The notes beneath the pieces are model-generated. The model was not told the DNA's origin. It did not search any database and was given only the letters and a program-made list of their open reading frames with translations. Made by a program: the position numbers and the translations under genes. Of a stretch of DNA of 64,000 nt, positions 19,955 through 28,009 are shown piece after piece (positions within the stretch are counted from its first letter, which is position 1; the number at the start of each line of letters is the position of its first letter). This stretch comes from an uncultured Candidatus Rokubacteria bacterium (lineage in GTDB: Bacteria; Methylomirabilota; Methylomirabilia; Rokubacteriales; CSP1-6): contig CAWBMV010000022.1 in assembly GCA_963789955.1 (NCBI GenBank), positions 544,001-608,000 on the forward strand, in the 5' to 3' direction.

Positions 19955-21013
19955 ATGGCGCCTCCGCCGCTCGAGCTGAGTCTCGAGCTCTCGGCGCGCG
20001 AGCGCTTCGAGATGGTCGAGCTGCGCTCGCGCTTCTCGAGCGAGCACGCCGACTCGCTCGCGTCGTATCCGCGGTGCCTCTACTGGTCGGCCCACACGAC
20101 GGCCGGGTTCCTGGATCGCAGCCTGATCAGGGACCTGGACTCCGACCACATTTCCACCTACATCGAGACCTTGCGCCAGATCTTCCCGGAGGGCGCGGGG
20201 TACGCGCACGACCGGCTGGAGCGCCGCAAGGATCTCGACGCCGCCCAGCGCGCGGTCGAGCCGCGCAACGGCGACTCGCACCTGGCCTTCATCACCGGCG
20301 GGCTCCAGCCGTGCGTGACCCACCCGAACCGCGCCGGCGAGTCCGTGTGTTTCGTCGACCTCGACGGCGTCAACGACGGGCGGCCGCGCCGCCGCCAGAC
20401 GCGCGTGATCGGTTTCCATCGCGAGATGGTCGCCGGGCAGATGCGCCTGCGGGTGCCGCTCTCCGGGCATTCGATCGACTCGGTCAATCTCAAGAGCCCG
20501 GCGCTCGGTCTCTACGACCAGCTTGCCGAGTTCGTGGCGCGCTCCGATGTGGACAAGGGCCGGCTCCACATCGCGCTCGGCCGCGGCGAGCGAGATGCCG
20601 CGCTGACGATCAACGAGTTCGAGACGCTCCTGATGAAGAACGACCTGGCCGCCGTGCTGAAGAACCCGCTCCGGTTCATGGCGGAGGAGTACCGGCAGGC
20701 GCTGGCCAACCCCCGCGCGGTGCCCGGCAAGGCGCTCGGCTACGCGCAGTACGATCTGGTCCGCGTGCTCAACACCGGCCTCAAGACGCTCGGCCTGCAC
20801 GGCTCCGTGCTGGAGCGGGTGCTCGCCCGCACCCTGGCGGTGCCCGTGGCCCGAATGTTTCGCGTGAGGCGGTCGATCAGCGTGCTGGTGGCCGGTGATG
20901 GAAGCCGCTCCGGCCCCGTCGAGGGCGTTTATCAGAGCCCGATCCTGATCCAGTGGCAGCGCGCGCCTCGAGACCTGCGCGAGCTCGACGTCACGCTGTA
21001 TCGGCTCGAGTAG
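19955..21013 (+). CDS. Hypothetical protein with tandem YjbQ (UPF0047)-like domains
   Basis: YjbQ-like motifs HTTAG, Y.HD, NGDSHL, DLDG..PRRR in the first half; degenerate second copy (AALTINE, G.YQSPILIQW..PR). Confidence 0.6.
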   Translation: MAPPPLELSLELSARERFEMVELRSRFSSEHADSLASYPRCLYWSAHTTAGFLDRSLIRDLDSDHISTYIETLRQIFPEGAGYAHDRLERRKDLDAAQRAVEPRNGDSHLAFITGGLQPCVTHPNRAGESVCFVDLDGVNDGRPRRRQTRVIGFHREMVAGQMRLRVPLSGHSIDSVNLKSPALGLYDQLAEFVARSDVDKGRLHIALGRGERDAALTINEFETLLMKNDLAAVLKNPLRFMAEEYRQALANPRAVPGKALGYAQYDLVRVLNTGLKTLGLHGSVLERVLARTLAVPVARMFRVRRSISVLVAGDGSRSGPVEGVYQSPILIQWQRAPRDLRELDVTLYRLE

Positions 21014-21025
21014 TCGGCCGCGCGC

Positions 21026-21634
21026 TCAGGCGCCGGTTCCAAAGCCTCCCGCGCTCCGCACCGTGGCCGCTTCGCCGAGGTGACCCGCCGAATGGAAGAG
21101 CGCGATGCCGCTCAGCATCGCCGAGCGCGGCCGCCCCGGGAACGCCTTCACGATCTGCTCGGTCCGTATGCCGAACGCGCCCTCACTGGCCGCGCGCTGG
21201 ACGGCGTCGGCCGCGACCGTGCCGTCCCAGTCCTGTGATTTGAAGCTGCCGACCACGTCGCGCGTGCGACGGCCCACCGCGTCGCGATACTCGCGAAGCG
21301 CGCCGAGCTCGATCTGTCGCGTGAGCTCCGTCACCTCGGCGCTGGTCATGCCGATGCCGAAGTCGCGCCGCGTGATGGCCAGGCGCTTGGCCCAGCTCTC
21401 GTCGTCGAACAGTTGCGTGCGCGCGCCCAGGATCGTGTTGACGAAGATGTCCTCGGCCCGCGAGATGTGAAACATGACCCACGCCAGCGAGTTCAGGTCC
21501 TCGCGCGGGCGCACGCGCATCTGCTCGTCGGTCAGGCCGGTGAAGGTGCGCTCCGACGCCGACATCTTGTTGCCGCCGACGGCGGCCGAGTGCATCGCGG
21601 CGTGCTGGTCCAGGAACAGGTCACGAACGTCCAT
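21026..21634 (-). CDS. DinB/YfiT-family protein
   Basis: LTDEQM...NSLAWVMFHISRAED and C-terminal HSAGHLGE metal-His motifs. Confidence 0.75.
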   Translation of the reverse strand: MDVRDLFLDQHAAMHSAAVGGNKMSASERTFTGLTDEQMRVRPREDLNSLAWVMFHISRAEDIFVNTILGARTQLFDDESWAKRLAITRRDFGIGMTSAEVTELTRQIELGALREYRDAVGRRTRDVVGSFKSQDWDGTVAADAVQRAASEGAFGIRTEQIVKAFPGRPRSAMLSGIALFHSAGHLGEAATVRSAGGFGTGA

Positions 21635-21649
21635 GGGTGTCCCCTGTCT

Positions 21650-21707
21650 TGCGCGCCGCAGGCGGTCGCGGGGCTGGGATCCCCGCCGGCCGAGGCGCGC
21701 CTATCAA
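21650..21707. repeat. REP-like GC-rich hairpin repeat, copy 1 (copy 2 at 55568-55624)
   Basis: TGCGCGCCGCAGGCGGTCGCGGGGCTGGGATCCCCGCCGGCCGAGGCGCGCCTATCAA; about 53/58 identical to copy 2; nested stems. Confidence 0.85.
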
Positions 21708-21714
21708 ATGAGAA

Positions 21715-22680
21715 TCAGGCCACGTCGCGCTGGCGCGCGGCATTGTAGTTGGCGTCGTACCACCAGTCGAGGTACGCCGCGTAGGTGATGGGCGCGTGAC
21801 GAGGCGGGTTGCCCGGGCCCTGGCAGGTGGGCAGACACGCGATCTCCGTGTCGAGGTGCGGCCCCATGAAGTAGGGGATCGCATAGCGCGGCCGGCCCAC
21901 CGGCGGCAGTGCGCGATGCGGCGTCGACTTGAACCGGTGGTTGGTCCACCGCTGCATCATGTCGCCGGAGTTGACCGCGAACGAGCCGGGCACGTACGGC
22001 ACGTCGAGCCACGTCGCGTCGGGCATCCGGACCTGGAGCCCGGGCACCTCGCTCTGGGCGAGGAACGTCATGAAGTTCGCGTCGGTGTGCGGCGCGATGC
22101 CGTACTGATTCGCCTCGGCGGCGACCGGCGGGTAGTGGGTCAGCCGGAAGCTGAACTGACTTTCGGCGAACGCGCCGTCGAACGCGTCAGCCGGCAGGTC
22201 GAGCGCCGTCGCGCAGAGCGGCAGGAGCTTGCGGCCAAGCGCGTCGACGGCGTCGGTGTACGCGAGCACCGCGTCGCGAAATCCCGGCAGATCCGCCGGC
22301 CATCGATTGGGGCCGGCGAAGCGCCGGCCCGCGCGTACCAGCGGATCGTCCGGGCCGCGCTCGCGCTTGACGAAGAACGCCTCGTTCAGGTCGGGCTTGT
22401 CGTTGGCGTTCACGTCCGAGGTCCACACCGCGTAGCGCCCGAGCATCATGTAGCCGTTGTTGTGCTCGTTCATGCGCAGCGCGAGCTTCGCGTCCATGGG
22501 CTGGGCGTGGAACCGCCGCGCCTCGGCGAACGTGTCGTCGATCAGGCCCTGCGGGATGCCGTGGCCCACCACGACGAAGAAGCCGACGTCCTCGAGCGCG
22601 CGGCCGAGCTCAGTGGCGGTGGCGGCGAACGCGCCCGGCCGTCCGGCCAGGTAGGGGGCCACGTCGATGACCGGGATCAT
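21715..22680 (-). CDS. 2-oxoglutarate/Fe(II) oxygenase, isopenicillin N synthase family
   Basis: IPVID, VGFFVV.GHGI, HYPP, HTD, GLQV, VNSGD...RWTN..F.STPHR, RYAIPYF. Confidence 0.92.
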   Translation of the reverse strand: MIPVIDVAPYLAGRPGAFAATATELGRALEDVGFFVVVGHGIPQGLIDDTFAEARRFHAQPMDAKLALRMNEHNNGYMMLGRYAVWTSDVNANDKPDLNEAFFVKRERGPDDPLVRAGRRFAGPNRWPADLPGFRDAVLAYTDAVDALGRKLLPLCATALDLPADAFDGAFAESQFSFRLTHYPPVAAEANQYGIAPHTDANFMTFLAQSEVPGLQVRMPDATWLDVPYVPGSFAVNSGDMMQRWTNHRFKSTPHRALPPVGRPRYAIPYFMGPHLDTEIACLPTCQGPGNPPRHAPITYAAYLDWWYDANYNAARQRDVA

Positions 22681-22770
22681 GACGATGAGATAGCACCCTC
22701 CGGCGCCTTTGACAACGAGCCGCGACGAGGATACGGTCCGAGGCGCGCGTCAGAATCAAGGAGGTGCCTC

Positions 22771-23892
22771 ATGGCCAACGGCAAGTTCAGGGTTCTCGAC
22801 AGCGACATCCACATCATCGAGCCCCCCGACTTGTGGCAGCGCTACATCGATCCGGCCTTCCGGGACCGCGCGCCGATCGGCCTCACCGAGGACCAGGGCG
22901 ATCTGCGGCTGGCCTACCAGGGCACGGGCTGGGGGCGGGTCGCGATCGACGCCGACCGCAGCCGTCGCCGGCAGGGAAAGAACTACGCCCTGAACGAGGA
23001 GCGCTGGCGGCCCTACGCCGAGCGCGGCTGGACGTCGAAGGTCCAGCTCGAGGCCATGGACATCGAGGGTATCGACGTCGCGGTGGTCTATCCGTCGCGC
23101 GGCCTGTTCGCCCTGACGATCCCCGACATGGACACGAAGCTCGCCGCGGCCATGGCGCGCGCCTACAACGACTGGCTCTACGAGTTCTGCCAGGAAAACC
23201 CCGAGCGGCTCCTCGGCGCCGGCATGATCTCGCCGTTCGACGTCAACGACGCCGTGGCGGAAGCGCGACGCTGCGTGCGCGAGTACGGCTTTCGCGCGAT
23301 GTTCCTGCGACCGAACGAGGTCAACAACCGGAACTGGCACGATCCGTACTACGAGCCGCTCTGGGCCGCGCTCGAGGAGCTCGAGGTGCCGCTCGGGTTT
23401 CACGAGGGCTCCGGCTCGGCGCTCCGCCAGGTCGGCGAGCAGTTCGGCGCCAACACGATGCTCAAGCACATCTATTCGCACCCGGTCGAGCAGATGCTCA
23501 CCGCCGGCGCCTTCTGCGCGGGCGGCATCCTCGAGCGCCATCCGCGCCTGCGCGTGGCGTTCCTCGAGGGCAACTGCAGCTGGGTCCCGTTCCTGCTCTG
23601 GCGCATGGACGAGCACTGGGAGTGGCTGGGCGACATCTACGCGCGCGAGCTGACGATGGCGCCGAGCGCGTACTTCAAGCGGCAGTGCTTCGTGTCGGTC
23701 GAGTGCGACGAGGAGCCGGTCAAGCACGTCATCGATGCGATCGGCGACGACCGGATCGTCTTCTCGACCGACTTTCCGCACGGCGACTCGAAGTTCCCGC
23801 GGGCGGTCGAGTCATTCCTGCGGCTGCCGATCTCCGACGAGAGCAAGCGCAAGATCCTATGGGACAACTGCGCCGCGTATTACGGGATGTAG
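22771..23892 (+). CDS. Amidohydrolase family protein (Amidohydro_2)
   Basis: DSDIHIIEPPDLW, MD.EGID.AVVYPS, AYNDW, FHEG, FLEG..SW, FSTDFPHGD; RBS AAGGAGG. Confidence 0.9.
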   Translation: MANGKFRVLDSDIHIIEPPDLWQRYIDPAFRDRAPIGLTEDQGDLRLAYQGTGWGRVAIDADRSRRRQGKNYALNEERWRPYAERGWTSKVQLEAMDIEGIDVAVVYPSRGLFALTIPDMDTKLAAAMARAYNDWLYEFCQENPERLLGAGMISPFDVNDAVAEARRCVREYGFRAMFLRPNEVNNRNWHDPYYEPLWAALEELEVPLGFHEGSGSALRQVGEQFGANTMLKHIYSHPVEQMLTAGAFCAGGILERHPRLRVAFLEGNCSWVPFLLWRMDEHWEWLGDIYARELTMAPSAYFKRQCFVSVECDEEPVKHVIDAIGDDRIVFSTDFPHGDSKFPRAVESFLRLPISDESKRKILWDNCAAYYGM

Positions 23893-23901
23893 GAGGGTGC
23901 G

Positions 23902-25047
23902 ATGACCTCGTACAAGCTCATCTCGGCCGATTCGCACATCGTCGAGCCGCCGGATCTCTACACCAAGCGGATCGAAGGGAGGTTCCGCGACCGGGCCCCG
24001 CGCCTCGAGCGGCTGGAGACGCCGACCGGGCGCAAGTTCGACGCGTGGGTCATCGGCGGGCAACAGGTGGGCACGCTCGGCGCCGTGATGCAGGCCGGGC
24101 AACGGTTCGAAGATCCGTCGCAGATCGACTTCCTCGGCATGTGGGAGGACGTCAGGCTCGGCGCCTACGATCCCCAGGCGATGATCAAGGAGAACGAGAT
24201 GGACGGCGTGTGGGGCTCGTGCCTGCAGCCGAGCCAGGGCCTCTTCTGGTATCGCATTCCCGACACCGAGCTGCTCACCGCCATCTGCCGCGCCTACAAC
24301 GACTGGATCGCCGAGTTCTGCAAGCCGTTTCCCGACCGTCTCAAGGGCATCGCGATGCTCAACGTCGACGATGTCGAAGAGGCTTCGCAGGAGCTCGAGC
24401 GCTGCGCGAGGCTCGGGCTGGTCGGCGCGTTCATTCCGGTCTCGCCGCTGGCCGACAAGCCGTACCGTCACGCGATCTACGACCGGTTCTGGTGGACGGC
24501 CCAGGACGTCGGGATGCCGTTGCTCCTGCACATCGGCACACCGCGCGGCGGTATCCCCGGCTGCGAGTTCACGATGAACCTCGGCGAGCTCACCGGGGCG
24601 GGCCGCTCGACCACGGACTACTGGGTACGCTACTCGCTGGGGGCGATGATCTTCGCGGGCGTCTTCGATCGGTATCCGCGGCTGAAGGTCGGCTCGGTCG
24701 AGCACGAAGCCGCGTGGATCCCTCACTGGCTCAAGCAGATGGACTTCACGTATCGCGAGCGCCCGGTGTTCACCAAGGGCTGGCGGTCCAAGGAAGGCCT
24801 GATGCCGAGCGACTACTGGCGCCGTAACATGTTCGTGGAGTTCATGGAGGACGACCTCGGCGTCCAGATGCGCGACACGATCGGCGTCGACAACATGCTG
24901 TGGGGCAGCGACTTCCCGCACGCCGAGTCGACATGGCCGAAGTCGCGCGACTTCCTCACCCGCATCTTCGCCGGCGTGCCCGAGCACGATCTGAAGAAGA
25001 TCACCTCGGAGAACGCGGCCAAGCTGTTCGGCTTCAAGCTGAACTAG
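23902..25047 (+). CDS. Amidohydrolase family protein (Amidohydro_2)
   Basis: ISADSHIVEPPDL, AYNDWIAEFC, LHIG, GVFDRYP.LK, WGSDFPHAESTWP. Confidence 0.9.
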   Translation: MTSYKLISADSHIVEPPDLYTKRIEGRFRDRAPRLERLETPTGRKFDAWVIGGQQVGTLGAVMQAGQRFEDPSQIDFLGMWEDVRLGAYDPQAMIKENEMDGVWGSCLQPSQGLFWYRIPDTELLTAICRAYNDWIAEFCKPFPDRLKGIAMLNVDDVEEASQELERCARLGLVGAFIPVSPLADKPYRHAIYDRFWWTAQDVGMPLLLHIGTPRGGIPGCEFTMNLGELTGAGRSTTDYWVRYSLGAMIFAGVFDRYPRLKVGSVEHEAAWIPHWLKQMDFTYRERPVFTKGWRSKEGLMPSDYWRRNMFVEFMEDDLGVQMRDTIGVDNMLWGSDFPHAESTWPKSRDFLTRIFAGVPEHDLKKITSENAAKLFGFKLN

Positions 25048-25070
25048 GCGTCGACTCGAGCTCGCCCGGC

Positions 25071-25382
25071 ATGCTCGACGGCTTCGTGCCCGTGACCGTG
25101 GTCGCCGAGCTGCCGCCGGGCGCGATGAAGTGGGTCGTGATCGATCGCGAGCGTGTGCTCGTCGCGAACGTCGACGGCTCCTTCTTCGCGCTGCGGGACA
25201 CCTGCGGCCACGCCGGCGCGCCGCTCTCCACCGGCGAGCTCGTCGGCTACGTGCTCGAGTGCCCGCTGCACTACGCCTGCTTCGACGTTCGCACCGGCAA
25301 GCTCCTGAGCGGGCCGGTCTCCGCCGACGTGCCCAGCTACCAGGTCCGGGTCGAAGGCGGTACTGTGTACGTCAAGAGGTAG
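25071..25382 (+). CDS. Rieske-type [2Fe-2S] ferredoxin
   Basis: CGHAG...ECPLHYACFDVRTG. Confidence 0.88.
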   Translation: MLDGFVPVTVVAELPPGAMKWVVIDRERVLVANVDGSFFALRDTCGHAGAPLSTGELVGYVLECPLHYACFDVRTGKLLSGPVSADVPSYQVRVEGGTVYVKR

Positions 25383-25386
25383 CGCG

Positions 25387-26368
25387 ATGCGAAGACTCCT
25401 CGCGATCATTCCCGGCCTTGCTCGCGCTGGTCGGCGGCCTGAGCCTGGGCGCCGATGCCGCGGACGACGGGCTCGCCCGCGGACTCGCCGCCATTCGCAG
25501 CATGACCGGCTGCTACCTGGTGGACTACAGCTACGTCGAGGTGGAGAGCCTCAAGCCGGGCTACACGCGCGACCCGCGCGTCTACGACGTCAACCGGGAC
25601 AAATCGGCCAAGGAATGGATCACCGCCGACGTCGTCTCGCCCTCGCGTATTCGGCTGCAGCGGGTGCTGTTCCTCACCGATCTGGCCGGCACGGTGCGGG
25701 CCGGCACGGAGATCCGGCACCAGACGGAAGACTGGGAGTACGACGCGCCGTTTCTCTACGAGCTGGTCGCCCCGCGGACCTGGCGGGTGCGCGACCTGAA
25801 GCCGACCCCGGGCCTGTGGACCCGGCGCGTCACCAACCTCGACGACGGATTGCGTTACCAGTGCGCGGCGCGGTGGTCGGACGGCACGGCCTATCCGGAG
25901 TGGTCGTGCTCGAGCTACGCGCCGGTGCCCGGCCGCGAGACGCGCGACATGAAGCGCAGCGACTACGACACGCTCGAGCGCACCACGCGGATCATCGCCT
26001 ACGGGCAGAGCTTCCTCGAGCGCCAGGACAACGTGAAGACCATCCACCGTGACGGCGCCAAGGTGCCGCTCGCGCGCGAGGTCGGAAAGAACTGGTCCGT
26101 GCGGCTGCCGGACGCCGAGTGTGACGCGGCGCGCGTGTTCGCGGGGCCGCGTCAGGCGTTCTGGAGCGTGTCACGCGAGGTCTGGGACGGCGTGCTGAAT
26201 GGCGCCGGGCCGTTCGTCGAAAAGGCGCCGGCCGGGCAGCCGCCGCGCTTCGTGAAGATGTACGAGGTCGAGGAGGACTACGTCGGGCGCGATCTCTCCG
26301 ATCCGGCGCTCCAGCGGCAAGCCCGCGAGCGGATCCTGAAGGTCATCGAGGCGTACCGCGAGCCCTAG
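25387..26368 (+). CDS. Exported protein resembling DUF6607 (frameshift in signal peptide near 25412)
   Basis: Signal peptide; AI.SM.GCY.V, KEWI, LQ.VL, H..EDWEY, W...V...DD..RY, P.P.RE..KRSDY, QDN.K motifs recalled for this family. Confidence 0.6.
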
Positions 26369-26976
26369 CCGGCCGCGAGGAGATTCTTGCTCTTCAGGGC
26401 CTGGATCACCGTCTCGACATAGCGGGAGATGTCCTTGCTGATGCTCTCGGGCAGGGTCTCGACCGTGCCGCTCCAGATCAGCTGGTTCTTCGCCGTGTCG
26501 TAGAGGCTGGTCTCGGAGATGAAGACGTCGTACGGGTAGACCGTCGCGGGCTCGTAGTAGCCGAGCCAGGCGGCGGTGTAGCCGCGATAGAAGCCGAAGC
26601 CCAGAAGCGGCGGGTAATAGTATCCGTAGTCGACGGAGTATTTCCGCTCGACCCTGACGAAACGGGTGATGAGCGTGGCATCGGCACCCGACCGTTCGAC
26701 GGCCTCGCGCAGTCGCGGCTCTTCGACCGGCCCGTCTTCCGTGATGAAGCCATAGCTCGGCACGGCGTCGACCCCCGTCGTTTTCAGCTTGGCGACGAAT
26801 TCGTCCTCGAAGGACCGGCGAATGCCGGGCTGCTTGCTGATCGCCATGACCAGAACCTTCTTGAGGCGAGCCGATGGGGCGTCGGGGTTGGTCCACTGAT
26901 GGACGACTCGCGTCGACGCGCAGCCTGCGGCCGCGAGGGCCAGGGCGAGGACAACGAGTCGCAACCGTCGGCGCAT
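26365..26976 (-). CDS. Putative lipoprotein (DUF4136-like)
   Basis: Lipobox AAGC after a hydrophobic stretch; RRSFED.FV; Tyr/Gly-rich loop; ETSLYD...LIWSG. Confidence 0.7.
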   Translation of the reverse strand: MRRRLRLVVLALALAAAGCASTRVVHQWTNPDAPSARLKKVLVMAISKQPGIRRSFEDEFVAKLKTTGVDAVPSYGFITEDGPVEEPRLREAVERSGADATLITRFVRVERKYSVDYGYYYPPLLGFGFYRGYTAAWLGYYEPATVYPYDVFISETSLYDTAKNQLIWSGTVETLPESISKDISRYVETVIQALKSKNLLAAG

Positions 26977-27010
26977 GATCGATATTCCTCTCTCGAGTAT
27001 ACCGACCAGG

Positions 27011-27055
27011 GAACGGGACGGGCACCCCGATGGTTCCGGGTGCCCGTCCTCGTTC
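27011..27055. other. Strong intergenic hairpin (possible terminator/stabiliser, no U-tract)
   Basis: GGACGGGCACCC/GGGTGCCCGTCC perfect 12-bp stem extended by GAACG/CGTTC. Confidence 0.55.
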
Positions 27056-27068
27056 GACGCGAGGTGCG

Positions 27069-27923
27069 CTAGCGGATCTGCTTGTGCGTGAACTCGGCGA
27101 TCAGCTCGAGGGCGCGATTGGACGACGGCGAGCCGGCCTTGCGCATGATGAAGCCCTGGCCCTCGCCCTCGAACAGCTCGAGATCGACCACGCCGCCCGC
27201 CTTGCGGTAGGCCGCGACGAAGCGGTCGAGATGCGGCCGCGGATGCGCCAGATCGTCGGTGCCCTGCAAGTACAGGACGGGCGGCAGCTGCACCTTCTCA
27301 CCGCGCTCGAGCGCTCCGGCCGGCGCGCCTTCCGCCATCGCCTCTTCGGTCTTCCAGTACGCGTCGTGGCACGGCAGGAGCTCGTCGACCGCCACCGGGT
27401 ACGGCTTGCCCTTGGCCATGACGTCCTTCGCGTAGCGATACCGGCCGAGCGGATCGATGACGGGCGAGGTCATGATCACGCAGCGCACGGTGGCGTCGAG
27501 CGCCGGCGCCGTCGCCAGCGGCAGCGCGCTGTAGCGCGGATCGAACGGCCGCATCGCCAGCAGCATCGCCTGGTGACCGCCGCTCGAGTTGCCCATCGAG
27601 CCGACCATGTCGGGACGGCCGCCGAGCTCGACCGCGCGCGACTTGATCCAGCGAATCCCGTAGTGGATGTCCTGGAACGACGCGGGATAGGACGCCGTCG
27701 GCGGCTGCCGCCAGTCGAGCGTGGCCACGATCACGCCGGTCTTGGCCAGCGCCTCGTGGATCACCTTGTCGCCGTGGCGATCCGAGCGGCACCAGGCGCC
27801 GCCGTGCAGCTCCACCATGATGGGGAAGGGGCCCGTGCCCTGCGGCCGGTAGATGGTCGCCAGATACGGCGTGTTCCCGTGACGGAGATACTCGATGTCC
27901 TCGACCTTGACGTCGTAGCCCAT
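27069..27923 (-). CDS. Alpha/beta hydrolase (HSL-type esterase)
   Basis: LHGGAW oxyanion motif, GNSSGG nucleophile elbow, QGT.D; ATG 27923 with AAGGAG RBS. Confidence 0.85.
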   Translation of the reverse strand: MGYDVKVEDIEYLRHGNTPYLATIYRPQGTGPFPIMVELHGGAWCRSDRHGDKVIHEALAKTGVIVATLDWRQPPTASYPASFQDIHYGIRWIKSRAVELGGRPDMVGSMGNSSGGHQAMLLAMRPFDPRYSALPLATAPALDATVRCVIMTSPVIDPLGRYRYAKDVMAKGKPYPVAVDELLPCHDAYWKTEEAMAEGAPAGALERGEKVQLPPVLYLQGTDDLAHPRPHLDRFVAAYRKAGGVVDLELFEGEGQGFIMRKAGSPSSNRALELIAEFTHKQIR

Positions 27924-28009
27924 GCTGGTCTCCTTGTCGGTGCGGAGGACCGTCCCGTGACCCGGGTCCGGAATCAAGAGTCCGCGTCCGGTAGAGTATC
28001 CTGCCCGGT

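Noticed and set aside
21796..24827. Long overlapping or antisense ORFs (e.g. 21796..23892 N-terminal part, 22764..24827, and many similar elsewhere)
   Set aside because: Expected shadow ORFs in high-GC DNA; low-complexity Arg/Ala/Gly/Pro composition with no motifs
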